DNA of 64,000 nucleotides, taken from the NCBI GenBank assembly GCA_963750165.1, contig CAVVPN010000011.1:1344001-1408000 (forward strand), in the 5' to 3' direction. Made by a program: the position numbers and the translations under genes. This document shows, in pieces, positions 20,288 to 30,773 of this stretch. Numbering within the stretch: position 1 is the stretch's first letter; every line of letters starts with the position of its first letter. Below the pieces are notes generated by a model that did not search any database, had not been told where the DNA came from, and saw nothing but the letters and a program-made list of their open reading frames with translations. The stretch is from an uncultured Gemmataceae bacterium (GTDB lineage: Bacteria > Planctomycetota > Planctomycetia > Gemmatales > Gemmataceae).

Positions 20288-22327
20288 TCACTTCGCCGCG
20301 GCCGACAGCTGCCAGCGCTCGTCGAAGAAACCGGCCGTCACGACGCCACCCGGGTAGCGCGAACTGACCGGCACGCTCACGTCGATGACCGCCCAGTCCG
20401 GCAACCGTGGACACTGGCGGGCGTTGTTGAGGTAGTCGTACTCGCGGAAGGTGAAGCCGCTGTTGAGCACGACGTACTTCTTCGGGTTGCGCGGGTTCGG
20501 GTAGATCAGCACCGGTACGTGGTTCCCGCCCGCGAACGTTTTGGGGCCGACCGCGACCCCGTTGATGTCCCACTTGATTGGCAGTTCGTCGGCGATGCGG
20601 TCCAGCACCTTGTTGCTCGCCGGATCGCCCCACAGCACCAAGTTGCTCGACGCGATGTCCTCGCGCGTGACGGCCGTGTCGTCCTTGACCAGCACTTCAC
20701 CGCGGAACTGCCGCCGCCAGTGGTCGATGGCGTGGGCCATCTCGGCGGCGGCCCATTTGGCCGTCCTGTCGTTGAGCGGCTTGCCGGTCGGCCGCACCAT
20801 GATGAAGCGGTCGAGGAAGGCGTCGTCGATTGGGCCTTGCAGGCCGTGCCGCTTGGCGAGCGTGCCATCATCGACCTTCGGGACCACCCGCCAGTTACCG
20901 TCCACCTTGCGGAGGTGGACGGTCCACGAACGATCCTTTTGCACGGGCGGCAGCTTGACCACCTTGCCGTTGATGAGGGCGCCGGTGTCGTCCTTCAGCG
21001 GACAGGTGCCCGGCGGCATGTCCAGCGTCAGGGCGGTCACGTTGAAGGTGTCGATTGTCACCGGGGCCGCCCGACCCGTGGCGGCGGTTTTGGTCTCGGG
21101 CGCCAGCACGACACTCACGCGGGCGCCGACCCAGTGGTGCTCCAGGCCGTCCAGCCGCAGGTAATGACTGCGGTTGTAGCGCAACGTGAAGGTGGTGAAG
21201 CGGAGCTTCCGCGGCGCTGGGTCGCGGCCCTTCGCGGCGAGGGCGTCAATCTGTTTGTTGATCTCGGCCCTGGCCTCGGGATGATACTTGTGTCCCGTCT
21301 TGGGGCCGATGATGTGCGTGAGTTCCATGCCCTCCTTCTTCAGCGCGCGGGCCATCACGTCCGCGGCCTGCTTCTGGCTGTCGATCTCGCCGCTGTACGC
21401 GACCGTCGGGCAGTTGTAGAGGTTGAGCGCATAGTCCGTGGCGTTGTACAGGGACCACAGTTTCTGCTCGTACCACGTCGGCGCCAGCTTCTCCTTCTGG
21501 AAAACTTTCAGGAACTCCGGCGTTTCCGAGAAGCCGGCGCCCGGCGCCGCCGCGGCCCACATGCCGGGGTGGTGCGTCGCGAACTGCCAGCAGGCGGCGC
21601 CGCCCATCGAGAAGCCGCGGATCACCAGGCGGTTCTCGTCGATGGGGTAATGCTTGCGCACGCTCTCGTACGCCTCGAACAGATCGACCTCGCCAGCGAA
21701 GCGGTTGGCGTTGCAGTAGCGCCCATACAGATGCAGCACGATTGTGTTTGGCGGCGTGAATTCGCCTGCGTTTTTGAGGCGCTGGTTGACGAAGCTCAAC
21801 TCCGTCAACTTTTCGCCGCGGCCGTGGCACCAGAAATCGAGGCGAAACTTGTGCGGCGTGTCCGGCCTGTACGACGGCGGCACCACGAGTCCATAGGGCT
21901 GCACGCTGCCGTCGATCTTCGAGACGTAGCCGCGCGGCACCAGGCCGGTCGCGGTGGTCCACGCCGGCTTGCCCGCCCGCAGTTGTTTCGCCCGCTCGAA
22001 GCCGCGCTGCAACAGCGTCCGGGCGATGGCCACTTCTTTCTTGTCGTAAAACTCGTCGTACTTCAGCGCATAGTGAACGGCGTTGTAGAAAATCTGCACA
22101 TCCGGCAACAGATCCACGTTGGGCCTGCCGTTCAGGGCCTTGCGCAGGTCTGCGACCTCGGCGGCGAGGCGGGCGGTGTCGCGCTCCAGGTCGGCGCGGT
22201 CGGTGTCGGCGATCTTGACGCCTGGCGGCGGGACACGGCGAACCTTGTCGGGCAGGTTGTCCTGCGGGCCGTCCGCGCTGGCGGGCAGCGTCAGGCACAG
22301 CAACAGCAAGGGTAGACAGTAGCGCAT
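20288..22327 (-). CDS. Secreted alpha/beta hydrolase (prolyl oligopeptidase-like)
   Basis: SKIDGSVQPYG, CHGRG, GFSMGG nucleophile elbow, GEID, GHKY. Confidence 0.82.
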   Translation of the reverse strand: MRYCLPLLLLCLTLPASADGPQDNLPDKVRRVPPPGVKIADTDRADLERDTARLAAEVADLRKALNGRPNVDLLPDVQIFYNAVHYALKYDEFYDKKEVAIARTLLQRGFERAKQLRAGKPAWTTATGLVPRGYVSKIDGSVQPYGLVVPPSYRPDTPHKFRLDFWCHGRGEKLTELSFVNQRLKNAGEFTPPNTIVLHLYGRYCNANRFAGEVDLFEAYESVRKHYPIDENRLVIRGFSMGGAACWQFATHHPGMWAAAAPGAGFSETPEFLKVFQKEKLAPTWYEQKLWSLYNATDYALNLYNCPTVAYSGEIDSQKQAADVMARALKKEGMELTHIIGPKTGHKYHPEARAEINKQIDALAAKGRDPAPRKLRFTTFTLRYNRSHYLRLDGLEHHWVGARVSVVLAPETKTAATGRAAPVTIDTFNVTALTLDMPPGTCPLKDDTGALINGKVVKLPPVQKDRSWTVHLRKVDGNWRVVPKVDDGTLAKRHGLQGPIDDAFLDRFIMVRPTGKPLNDRTAKWAAAEMAHAIDHWRRQFRGEVLVKDDTAVTREDIASSNLVLWGDPASNKVLDRIADELPIKWDINGVAVGPKTFAGGNHVPVLIYPNPRNPKKYVVLNSGFTFREYDYLNNARQCPRLPDWAVIDVSVPVSSRYPGGVVTAGFFDERWQLSAAAK

Positions 22328-22508
22328 ACTCAACCTCGGTGCGGGCGATGGTGCGGGACTCGGGGGCGTGCTGGGCATTGTGCCAGGGCGAATCGGGGGA
22401 AGCAAGTTTTTGCCTCCGGCCCGGGCATGACGTATTTTTCTTCAGCGGACTCGACAATCACAATGCGCCACCCGGCGCAGGTCTCCCAGTATTGAACGGT
22501 AACGCTGC

Positions 22509-22865
22509 ATGTCGCCGAACAGCCTCCGAAGGAACCGTCGCCTGCACTCCCGGCGGCCACCCCGTCGCAGCGTCCGGGTCATCTGTCGCAAGGGCGGTCT
22601 GGACCTGGGCACGAACCTGGCGGCCGCCGTCGTGGACATCTCGGAGGCGGGCGCCTGCGTGCTCCTGTCGGCCGAACTACCGCCCCGCCAGGAGGTGCTG
22701 GTGACCCTGGAGGGGATCGACCACCGCCGGCCGTTCCGCCTGCTGGCGCATGTCGTCTGGTGCCAACCCCACAGCGGGCAGTGGGCGACCGGCCTGCAGT
22801 TCCAGCGGCGGCTGCCCTTCCGCGAATTCCTCAAACTTTGTCAGGGCGCCTGTTCGCTACGCTGA
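22509..22865 (+). CDS. PilZ domain protein
   Basis: NRRLHSR (RxxxR) and DISEAG (DxSxxG) motifs. Confidence 0.8.
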   Translation: MSPNSLRRNRRLHSRRPPRRSVRVICRKGGLDLGTNLAAAVVDISEAGACVLLSAELPPRQEVLVTLEGIDHRRPFRLLAHVVWCQPHSGQWATGLQFQRRLPFREFLKLCQGACSLR

Positions 22866-22937
22866 CCGGGCGTGACCTACGCCTGTTGCCGGACATAGGG
22901 TTTTGCCCGCGGTTCGGCAACCGGGGCGCCTCTTTCG

Positions 22938-22992
22938 TGGGGCAGGCTTTCCAGCCTACCAGGGGACCGGCAGGGTGGAAAGCCTGCCTCAC
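22938..22992. repeat. REP-like inverted pair (GTGGGGCAGGCTTTCCAGCCT family; related copy at 39439-39466)
   Basis: GTGGGGCAGGCTTTCCA...TGGAAAGCCTGCCTCAC. Confidence 0.7.
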
Positions 22993-23096
22993 GAAAGAAA
23001 ATTCGCACTTCCTTGTCGCAGCGCCTTGGCCGGGCCGGTACAATCCGAATAAGGATGGCCCCCCCGCCGTCTGTTTAGTGGAGTGAACGCTGCACC

Positions 23097-23690
23097 ATGG
23101 TTGTCGCATTTGCCACCTCCCCTGCGCCGCCCAGCGACGAGCAGTTGCTGGCTCGCCACACCCAGGGCGACCGCGGAGCGCTCGAAGAGTTGTTCCGGCG
23201 CTACCGCCTGCTGGCGTACCGCGTGGCGCACCGCCTGCTCGGCAACGAGGCCGACGCCCTCGACGCTGTGCAGGAGGGTTTCGTCAAGGCGCTGCTGCAC
23301 CTGACCGGCTTCGAGGGCCGCAGTTCGTTCAAGACGTGGCTGCTGCGCGTGGTCAGCAACGCCGCGCTCGACCTGGGCCGGCAGCGCGGTCGTCGCGAAA
23401 CGCTCAGCCTGGACGTGTTCGGGCCAGGCGACCGCGAGCGCATCGATCCGCTGCTGCTGGACGACCCGGCCCGCGGCATGGATCGGGCGGACCTGCGGCA
23501 CCTGCTCGACCGGGCGCTGGCCACCCTTCCGGAAGCGCAGCGGCGCACGTTCGTGCTGCACGCCGACGCCGAGTTGAGCTATCGCGAAGTGGCCGAGGTG
23601 CTGGGCATTTCCATTGGCACCGTCATGAGTCGGCTGTATTACGCTCGCCAGAAGTTGCGGGCGGTCCTGTCGCAGTGGATCAAGCTATGA
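23097..23690 (+). CDS. ECF RNA polymerase sigma factor
   Basis: DALDAVQEGF, FKTWLLRV, LSYREVAEVLGISIGTVMSRL. Confidence 0.92.
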   Translation: MVVAFATSPAPPSDEQLLARHTQGDRGALEELFRRYRLLAYRVAHRLLGNEADALDAVQEGFVKALLHLTGFEGRSSFKTWLLRVVSNAALDLGRQRGRRETLSLDVFGPGDRERIDPLLLDDPARGMDRADLRHLLDRALATLPEAQRRTFVLHADAELSYREVAEVLGISIGTVMSRLYYARQKLRAVLSQWIKL

Positions 23691-24379
23691 TATCGCCACA
23701 TGAGGATCGGGGCCCGGACGCCCTGCACATCGCCGCCTTCCTGGACGGCGAATTCGACGATCAACCGCAGCTGGCGGACCTGGGGCGCCGGATTCGGGAA
23801 TGGCTGCTGGACCACCCCGAAGCCGGGGCCGCCGCGCTGGCACAGCGCCGGCTGGCCCGGTTGATGGCCGCGACCGCCGCGCCGGAGCCGTCGGAGGCCG
23901 CCTGGGACTGTATCCTGGCCCGGCTGGAGCAGGCGCCGGCCCCGGCCAGCCCGGCCCGCGCAGTCACGCGGCGCTGGCGGCCGACCTCCGTGGCGGCGGT
24001 CCTGCTGTCCGCGGCCGCGGCCGTGTGGGTGGTACTGGCCCTGGGGCACCGGTCCCCGCCCGCCGTGGTCCGCCCTCAACCGGACGCGCCGGCGGTAGCG
24101 GTCAAGCAGGCGCCTGAGCCCAGACCCGCGGCCGCGCCGAAACCGCAGGAAGTGGAAGTGTTCCCGGTGGCGACGGCGGACGAAATCGAAATCCTGCGCA
24201 TTGGCGGCGCGGACACGCGGACGGTGGCGGTGACGGGCATGCCGACGCTGGGACCGCTGGAACTGGCCCGACCGGGCGAGATCGTCCTGACGCGGGCCGA
24301 GTCGGAGGTGCGCGTGGACGGGTCCGGGCCGCCCGTGTTCTGGATGCGGCAAACGGAAGAAATTGAAGACCCCAACTGA
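23687..24379 (+). CDS. Probable membrane anti-sigma factor
   Basis: ATGA overlap with the sigma gene; AAFLDGE N-terminus; single TM helix. Confidence 0.7.
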   Translation: MISPHEDRGPDALHIAAFLDGEFDDQPQLADLGRRIREWLLDHPEAGAAALAQRRLARLMAATAAPEPSEAAWDCILARLEQAPAPASPARAVTRRWRPTSVAAVLLSAAAAVWVVLALGHRSPPAVVRPQPDAPAVAVKQAPEPRPAAAPKPQEVEVFPVATADEIEILRIGGADTRTVAVTGMPTLGPLELARPGEIVLTRAESEVRVDGSGPPVFWMRQTEEIEDPN

Positions 24380-24419
24380 CCTGGGATAAGGGGCCGCAAG
24401 ACGCGCAACGCGCGGGGGG

Positions 24420-25002
24420 ATGTCTGTGGGTGCAGTTGTGCTGCTGCAGCAGTTCGTTGGTTTGGCCGCCGTGCTGGGGGCTCTGTGCCAGGGGCCTGCC
24501 CCGGCCGGCGCAGAAGAAGGTCAAGGTCACCGTCGTCGTCATTCTGGCCAACGACTACTGGGACGTGATCGATCCGCGGTTGAAGGCCATCGCCAAGGAG
24601 GTGCAGAAGACCGAGCCGACGCTGCGCGGCTTCACCCTGGTGTCCATCGATTCACAGTCGCTGGCCGTCAACGAGAAGGTCAACATTCCGCTGGTCGAGA
24701 ACGCCACCATTCAGGTGGTTATCAACAAGCCGGCTGACAAGGACAACAAGGTCTGCCTGAGCATCACGCCGCCCTGGCAGAAGGAAATTGTCTACCGCAG
24801 CATCTGCGGCAAGTTCCTGCCGCTCATCACCCGCTACGACACCGAACCGACCATCCCACCGCCGGACGTGGTGCGCGCCCTCGCCCTCGTCCAGTCGCGC
24901 CAGAGCGGCGGTGTCCTGGCGGCCGGCAACCTGCTCCTGCACTCGCGCAGCCGCCAGCGCCTCATCCTGGCGATCCGCGTGCAGCCGTGCAATGGCCACT
25001 GA
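24420..25002 (+). CDS. Hypothetical exported protein; probable frameshift near 24505
   Basis: Signal-peptide-like start in the 24420 frame joins a well-formed body (KKVKVTVVVILAN...) in the 24430 frame; third gene of the sigma operon. Confidence 0.55.
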
Positions 25003-28000
25003 GCCGGCGGCCCGCGGCAGTTCCGCCCGGCCGAACTGGATCGCGCGGAGGTCGTCACCCAGGAAGGCCCCGGTCTTGCGGTAGTAAATGAACCGCCGCC
25101 CCTGGACCAGTTTGGCCGGCAGCCCGGGACGCTCGCGCCGGTAGAGCTTCACGGTGTTGCCGGGGTCGGCGACCAGTGTCACCCGGTCTTCCTTCTCGTC
25201 GTAATAGAGCGTGTCCGTGTTGCCAAAGAAGTCGTCCATCTTGAACGTCACGTTCTTCTTCGCCATCATTTCCTGGTTGTTCTTGCCCTTCTCGCCGGGG
25301 CGGGTCAGCACCTCCAGGTAGCCGCTGCGGATGTACATGCTACCCTTGGGCAACCGATCCGGTTCCAGCCCCCAGTCCATCGCCTCGAAGCGCTCCTCCT
25401 TCTTGACCGGCACGTGGAACACCCGGACATCGCCCCAGAATCTGGTCACCCGCGGATCGCTCTTGTTGTTGGAAAACATCAAATCCTCGAAGGTGACGTG
25501 GGTCAGCTTCCACTCCTCCTCGGCCTTCTTCGGCGGCGGTGCCGGCTTGCCGGCGGCGGACCTGGGGGCGGCGTCGGCATCATCGCCCTTGTTCAGCTTG
25601 ATCTGGATCACCCGGCCCGGCCCGGGGACGCGAACGACCCCCTCCTTGTTGTCCGAATCGATCTGGTGGCCGAGGACGCGGCTCGTCTGGACCATCTCTT
25701 TCTGACCGTCAGGCCCTTCCTTGTCGTAGACCACGTCCACCACATAGGCGGAGCCGTTGGCCACCATCTTCTCGGCCTTGGCACCCTCGCCGCCCTTCTG
25801 GCCCTCCTTGAAGGCGATGAACTTGTCCAGCTTCACCTGCAGCGTCTTGCAGCGCAGCGACGAGTCGTCCTGGTTGGCGACGACGGCACCGGTGTAGTCG
25901 GCGTCCTGGCCGTTGAAGAGCATGTCGCGGGTCCAGTGGACCACCAGCCGGGCGCCCGGCCGGGCCGGCTTGCCGCCCTCGATGCTGGTGTTGCTCGGCA
26001 GCGACATCGCTCCGGGGCCCTGCACGTAGGCGGTGTTCTTGACCTGGTCGATCTCCACCTTCGGCCCTTCCAGGTACAAATCGTTCAACTGCAACTGCGC
26101 GGGGCCGTTCGTGTCGCCGAACACCTTCAACACGTCGCCGCCGACCTGGCGGTTCACAGTCAGGATTTCCCCCTTGATGTCCACGCCCTTTTCCTTCGCC
26201 GGCTTGCCTTCTTTATCCAGGACGACGCGGCCGTCCTTGTCCTGGATCACCTTGCCTTCCTGCCGCACACGCACGGTCCCCTCGGCGACCATCTCGCGCA
26301 GCTCGTTCTTTGGGCCGAGCCGGGTGACGTAGCTGGTGACATCGCGGGCCCAGAGGTGAATGGGCTTCTTCTCCTCGGGCTTGGCCTGTGCTGGGGGCCC
26401 GGTGTCCTTGGGGCTGGAGCCGGCGACGACGGGCGCACCCGGCACGGGCGGGACCGGCGCTCCGAACTGGGGCGCCGGGGCCACGGGCGGCGGCCCCAGG
26501 CCGTTGGCCACGTTCGCCGGCACCGGCAGTTCCGCCGGCAGCGGCACAATGCCGTCCTCGAACATGATGGTCAGGATGCGGCACCAGTGGATAATCAACT
26601 CCGGTGATTTGGCCCGGACCTCATCGACCGCCTCGACCTTCCACGGCCGCTGCCGCGGCGCCGTGGACGCGGTTTGTTTCTGGTCCGAGTCGTTGGCCGG
26701 GGTGCCCTTGTCGGCCGGCTCCAGCCACACCTTGAGCCGCTGACCGTGCAGTTCCTGGGCGTGCTCGTCGTCAATGAACGAGGCGTCCCGTGTCAGCGTC
26801 AGCAGGTCGTAAACCTGGTTGCCCTGCTTGTCCTTGGTGAAGACCAGCAGGTCCTTCCACAGGGCGTGGACCGGGTGCGTGTTTTTGAGGTTGTTGCGGT
26901 CGAACAGGTCCACCTGCCCGGGGCCGGTGGCCGTCATGTACTGGCCGTTGCCGTCCTTGTCGGCGCCGAGAAGAAACAGTTCCTTGGCGAAGATTTTGTG
27001 GGCGTCCTTGACGGCGACCACCTCCTTGCCGGTGAGCCGGACCCGGGGGCCGCGTGTCGGCGTCGGCGAGTCGTAGAACAGTTCGGTGCAGAAGGCGTGC
27101 AGGTTCTCCGAGTCGATGGACAGCGTGACCTGCTCGTCCAGGGGCCGCTCCGGCCGCCCCTGGGCGTAGGCGCTGTCGATCTCGCGGTCGCCGGCGCCCT
27201 TGTCGGGCGCGGCACCGGCTGTCGGAGCGGACGGTTTGCGGCGGAAATTGAGCCGCAGGAAATCGCAGTAGAGCTGATCGACGAGCTTGCCGGCCTCGTC
27301 GGCGGGCGCGAGCGGCTCGCGGACGACGTGGACCTGGTCGCAGAGCTTGGGGCCCTCGACACACTCGAAGGTGGCCACGTCGCGGACCAGATCGAAGATG
27401 AACTTGCCCGGCGACGTGATGTGGACGCGAACTTTTTCCTTTTTTTTTGGCGTGGGGCTGGCGGCGGGCTGCGGCTGGCCGGCGGCCGGGCCGGAGGGCG
27501 GCGGGTCGCAGGGCCGGGCCGGCTCGCGGGGGCTACCCAGCAGGCTGTTGTCGCTGTCCGGGTACAGGCACATCTGGACCCCCTCGTGCAGGATCACCTG
27601 ATCGACGCCGCTGGCATCCCGGTTGCGCGGTTTGGCCGCGTCGGAGCTGCCCTTGTCGGCCTTTTTGGCCGGGCCGCTGTCCTGGGCCAGCAGCAGGTCC
27701 ATGCCCGTGCCGATGACGGTGGTGGGGTGCGGCTGCGACTGAAAATCCCACAGTTTCACGATCCCCAGCGTCCAGATTTTGTTCTTGGCCTCGTCGTAGT
27801 ACAGCGGCGTTTCCTTCTCGTCGATGCGGATTTCGAGGTCGTCGTTCTTCGAGCTGGTGTGCCGGTTGTTGACGATGTGGATCTTGCCGACCAGTTCCCC
27901 GGCGACGATTTTCCGGCTGCTGATCTCCGTCAGATTGGCGACCGGCTGATCGAAGGTCAGGTAGGCGAAATCGCTCTCAATGGTGTTGATTTCCGGGAGC

Positions 28001-28359
28001 GGCTGGTCCTTGCGCGGTTCGGCGAACATGGCGACGCTGAAGGGCGTCAGTTTGAGGCGGCCGTCGGGCTCGGTGTTAAAGGTCTCGAAGGCCAGGACGA
28101 GGCGTTTTTTGCGGTTTTCCAGGCGGTAAGGCTTGTGGACCTGATGGCACTCCTGCCCGAAGGCCAGGCGCAGCTTGCGATCGACCTCGCTCTCGGCGGG
28201 GCGGGGCGGCAGCGGCGGTGGATCGTCGGTGTAGGCGTAGCCGGGCGGCAAGGGCGGCAATCCGTCGATGCCGCCGAGGAAGACGGCGTACACGATGTAG
28301 CAACCCAGGAACAGGGTGAAGCCGAGCACGAGTAACAGGATGCGCTTGGGAGTCCACAC
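24652..28359 (-). CDS. Very large membrane-anchored LptC/LptA(OstA)-like protein; true 3' end probably near 25000
   Basis: GTG start with GAGGAG RBS; N-terminal TM; repeated beta-strand units (MVAEGTVRV, MVANGSAYV); directly follows kdsD-kdsC. Confidence 0.6.
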   Translation of the reverse strand: MWTPKRILLLVLGFTLFLGCYIVYAVFLGGIDGLPPLPPGYAYTDDPPPLPPRPAESEVDRKLRLAFGQECHQVHKPYRLENRKKRLVLAFETFNTEPDGRLKLTPFSVAMFAEPRKDQPLPEINTIESDFAYLTFDQPVANLTEISSRKIVAGELVGKIHIVNNRHTSSKNDDLEIRIDEKETPLYYDEAKNKIWTLGIVKLWDFQSQPHPTTVIGTGMDLLLAQDSGPAKKADKGSSDAAKPRNRDASGVDQVILHEGVQMCLYPDSDNSLLGSPREPARPCDPPPSGPAAGQPQPAASPTPKKKEKVRVHITSPGKFIFDLVRDVATFECVEGPKLCDQVHVVREPLAPADEAGKLVDQLYCDFLRLNFRRKPSAPTAGAAPDKGAGDREIDSAYAQGRPERPLDEQVTLSIDSENLHAFCTELFYDSPTPTRGPRVRLTGKEVVAVKDAHKIFAKELFLLGADKDGNGQYMTATGPGQVDLFDRNNLKNTHPVHALWKDLLVFTKDKQGNQVYDLLTLTRDASFIDDEHAQELHGQRLKVWLEPADKGTPANDSDQKQTASTAPRQRPWKVEAVDEVRAKSPELIIHWCRILTIMFEDGIVPLPAELPVPANVANGLGPPPVAPAPQFGAPVPPVPGAPVVAGSSPKDTGPPAQAKPEEKKPIHLWARDVTSYVTRLGPKNELREMVAEGTVRVRQEGKVIQDKDGRVVLDKEGKPAKEKGVDIKGEILTVNRQVGGDVLKVFGDTNGPAQLQLNDLYLEGPKVEIDQVKNTAYVQGPGAMSLPSNTSIEGGKPARPGARLVVHWTRDMLFNGQDADYTGAVVANQDDSSLRCKTLQVKLDKFIAFKEGQKGGEGAKAEKMVANGSAYVVDVVYDKEGPDGQKEMVQTSRVLGHQIDSDNKEGVVRVPGPGRVIQIKLNKGDDADAAPRSAAGKPAPPPKKAEEEWKLTHVTFEDLMFSNNKSDPRVTRFWGDVRVFHVPVKKEERFEAMDWGLEPDRLPKGSMYIRSGYLEVLTRPGEKGKNNQEMMAKKNVTFKMDDFFGNTDTLYYDEKEDRVTLVADPGNTVKLYRRERPGLPAKLVQGRRFIYYRKTGAFLGDDLRAIQFGRAELPRAAGSVAIARLHADRQDEALAAARVQEQVAGRQDTAALARLDEGEGAHHVRRWDGRFGVVAGDERQELAADAAVDNFLLPGRRDAQADLVVLVSRLVDNHLNGGVLDQRNVDLLVDGQRL

Positions 28360-28378
28360 GGCTTGCTCCTCGGGGTTC

Positions 28379-28927
28379 CTAGAGCCGTTCGCTGCGGTAG
28401 GCCGCCACCAACCGCTGCCAGTGGCCCTGGCACTGCAACACCAGTTCGATGACCTCGCGCACCGCGCCGCCACCGCCGGGGCGCTGCGTGACGTAGTGGG
28501 CCTCGGCGCGGGCCTCGGTACAGGCGTCCGCCACGGCCGCAGCCAGTCCCACATGCCGCAGCACCGGTACGTCCGGCAGGTCATCGCCGACGTAGGCGGT
28601 CTGCTCGGGGGTGCAGCCGGTCGCCGCCAGCACCTGACGGAAGCCGGCCAGCTTGTCGGCGGCGCCCTGCACCACCGGGTCGATGCCCAACTCGGCGGCG
28701 CGCACGTCCACAACCTTCGAGCGGCGGCCGGTGACGATGGCCGCTCGCTTGCCCGCCTTGCGCCACAGTGCCAGCCCGGAGCCGTCGCGCACGTGGAAGC
28801 GCTTGACCTCGGTGTCGTTATCGACGTAGAGAATGCCGCCGTCGGTCAGCACGCCGTCCACGTCCAGCACCAGCAACTCGACGCGCTCGCAGCGCTCCTG
28901 CAACGTCGGCGGCGGGGCTTCGCTCAT
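28379..28927 (-). CDS. kdsC: KDO 8-phosphate phosphatase
   Basis: LDVDGVLTDG, FHVRDG, YVGDDLPD, GGGGAVRE. Confidence 0.93.
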   Translation of the reverse strand: MSEAPPPTLQERCERVELLVLDVDGVLTDGGILYVDNDTEVKRFHVRDGSGLALWRKAGKRAAIVTGRRSKVVDVRAAELGIDPVVQGAADKLAGFRQVLAATGCTPEQTAYVGDDLPDVPVLRHVGLAAAVADACTEARAEAHYVTQRPGGGGAVREVIELVLQCQGHWQRLVAAYRSERL

Positions 28928-28961
28928 GGACCCCCTCCTTTCTGTGCCGGGAGGGTCGCAG

Positions 28962-29037
28962 AGCGCTAAGCCGCAAGCGGCAGAAAACCAGCGCGTCCGC
29001 GCTCCAGCCCGTCTTTCTGCCGCTTGCGGCCTAGCGC
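28962..29037. repeat. REP-like inverted pair, GCCGCAAGCGGCAGAA family (also 30520-30593, 32293-32318)
   Basis: AGCGCTAAGCCGCAAGCGGCAGAAA ... TTTCTGCCGCTTGCGGCCTAGCGC. Confidence 0.85.
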
Positions 29038-29045
29038 GCTTGCAA

Positions 29046-30083
29046 TCAGGCCACACGCACCGCGGCCGCCTCGTCCGTGGGCACCAGCCCAATCAGGTCC
29101 GTGATGTCCAGCAGCCCGACCGGCCGGCCGTCCGCGTCCACCACGGGCAATTCGCTGATCTTGCGGCGGCTGAGCAAGTCCAGCGCGTCGGCCAGGCGCG
29201 TGCCCACGGCCACGGTGGTCGGCTGCGCGGTCATCACCTCATGAATCGGCCGGTCGAGTGCGGCGTCGCGGCGCTGCTCGAACAGGCGGGCCAGGTCGCT
29301 GTCGGTGAAGAAGCCGCACAGGCGGCCAGCCTCGTCCGTCAGCATGACGGCCCCGGTGCGCCGGCCGCGCCGCCGCGCCGCCGCGAACACCGCCCGCACC
29401 GTCTCGTTGCTGTCCGCCAGGCGCAGCTCCTGGTCGCGGCGCATGACGGCCTCAACCTTGAGCAGCTTGCGGCCGAGGCTGCCGGCGGGGTGGAAGCGCG
29501 CGAAGTCCTCGCGGGTGAACTCGCGCATGCGCGTCAGCACGAACGCCAGGGCGTCGCCGACGGCGATCATGGCGGTGGTGCTCGTGCTCGGCGCCAGGCC
29601 GAGCGGGCAGACCTCTTCCAGCGGCCCCAGCACCAGGGCCACGTCCGCCTGGAGGGCGAGGGTGCTACGGCCGTTGCCGGTGAGGGCGATGACCGCCGTC
29701 GCCAGTTGCCGCAACGACGGCAGCAGCCGGACCACTTCCTCACTCTCGCCGCTGAGCGACAGGGCCAGCACCACGTCGTTGGGGTGGACCATGCCAAGGT
29801 CGCCGTGGACGGCGCGGGTGGCGTCGAGGACGTAAGCGCGGGTGCCCGTCGAGTTCAGGGTGCCGGCGATCTTCTGGCCCACGTCGGCGGACTTGCCGGT
29901 GCCGGTCAGGGCGACGCGGCCGGCGCAGTGGTAGATCAGATCGACCGCTTGCAGGAAGGCGTCGTCGAGGCGGTCGGCGACCTGTTCGAGGGCGGCGGCC
30001 TCGCTGCGCAGCACCTGGCGGGCGTAGTCCAGGCGGTCGCCAGCGTGTCGCCAGACCTGGGGATCGTGAACCAGCAAGGTCAT
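29046..30083 (-). CDS. kdsD: Arabinose 5-phosphate isomerase (KpsF/GutQ; SIS plus CBS)
   Basis: TGTGKS, HGDLG, LAPSTSTT, FHPAGSLG, two CBS domains. Confidence 0.93.
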   Translation of the reverse strand: MTLLVHDPQVWRHAGDRLDYARQVLRSEAAALEQVADRLDDAFLQAVDLIYHCAGRVALTGTGKSADVGQKIAGTLNSTGTRAYVLDATRAVHGDLGMVHPNDVVLALSLSGESEEVVRLLPSLRQLATAVIALTGNGRSTLALQADVALVLGPLEEVCPLGLAPSTSTTAMIAVGDALAFVLTRMREFTREDFARFHPAGSLGRKLLKVEAVMRRDQELRLADSNETVRAVFAAARRRGRRTGAVMLTDEAGRLCGFFTDSDLARLFEQRRDAALDRPIHEVMTAQPTTVAVGTRLADALDLLSRRKISELPVVDADGRPVGLLDITDLIGLVPTDEAAAVRVA

Positions 30084-30410
30084 ACGCACTCCCTTACGTC
30101 CGACCGGTGGGCGGCGTGCCCGCGGAGAATACCGGCCGACTATAGCGGCGCAGCGTGGATTTGCAATCGCAGGCCACGGCGCGTCCCTTCGTGGTATCGG
30201 CAGTTTGCCACGGCGGGGCCAGTTTTCCCGGTTGACCGAAGCGACCACGGGGAATGAGCGGATCGGAGAAGCCGGGGAAAGCGAAGGCGGCGACTTTACC
30301 GCCGTGCCAACGGGTGCCGAATGGCACAGCGGGGCAACGGTTGGCAGGGTGGCGGCGTGCCAGCAGTGGACAGAAAACGGCGCCGAGCCAGGCCCGGCCG
30401 TGCCGGTTAA

Positions 30411-30460
30411 AGCAAGGACGCCAAGGACGCCAAGAACGCCAACTATTTTGCACGTCGAGA
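30411..30460 (-). repeat. Copy of the 50-nt dispersed repeat (reverse orientation)
   Basis: Reverse complement TCTCGACGTGCAAAATAGTTGGCGTTCTTGGCGTCCTTGGCGTCCTTGCT. Confidence 0.88.
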
Positions 30461-30773
30461 ATCGGCGCCATTGGAGCAAACCCAATCCCCCGTACAGGTG
30501 GCATTTTCATCGGCAGTTGTTCTGCCGCTTGCGGCCCAGCGCTTCCGCCAAGCTGCGAGCGACAGGAAGCGCGCCAGGCCGCAAGCGGCAGAACAGCAGC
30601 GGGCGCGGCGCCGGGACGAGGACCAGTTCTCCCGAACGCGCCAGCCACAGCGCCGTGCCGGCGAAATCCGCGTCCGGCCGACGGGTGAGCCTCTGTGCGC
30701 TGGCGGTCGCTGCTGTTACACTGGTGATTGTGGGTGGCGTCCCGTCCCTGCCGAACCGAGCCGAGGCCTTGCC

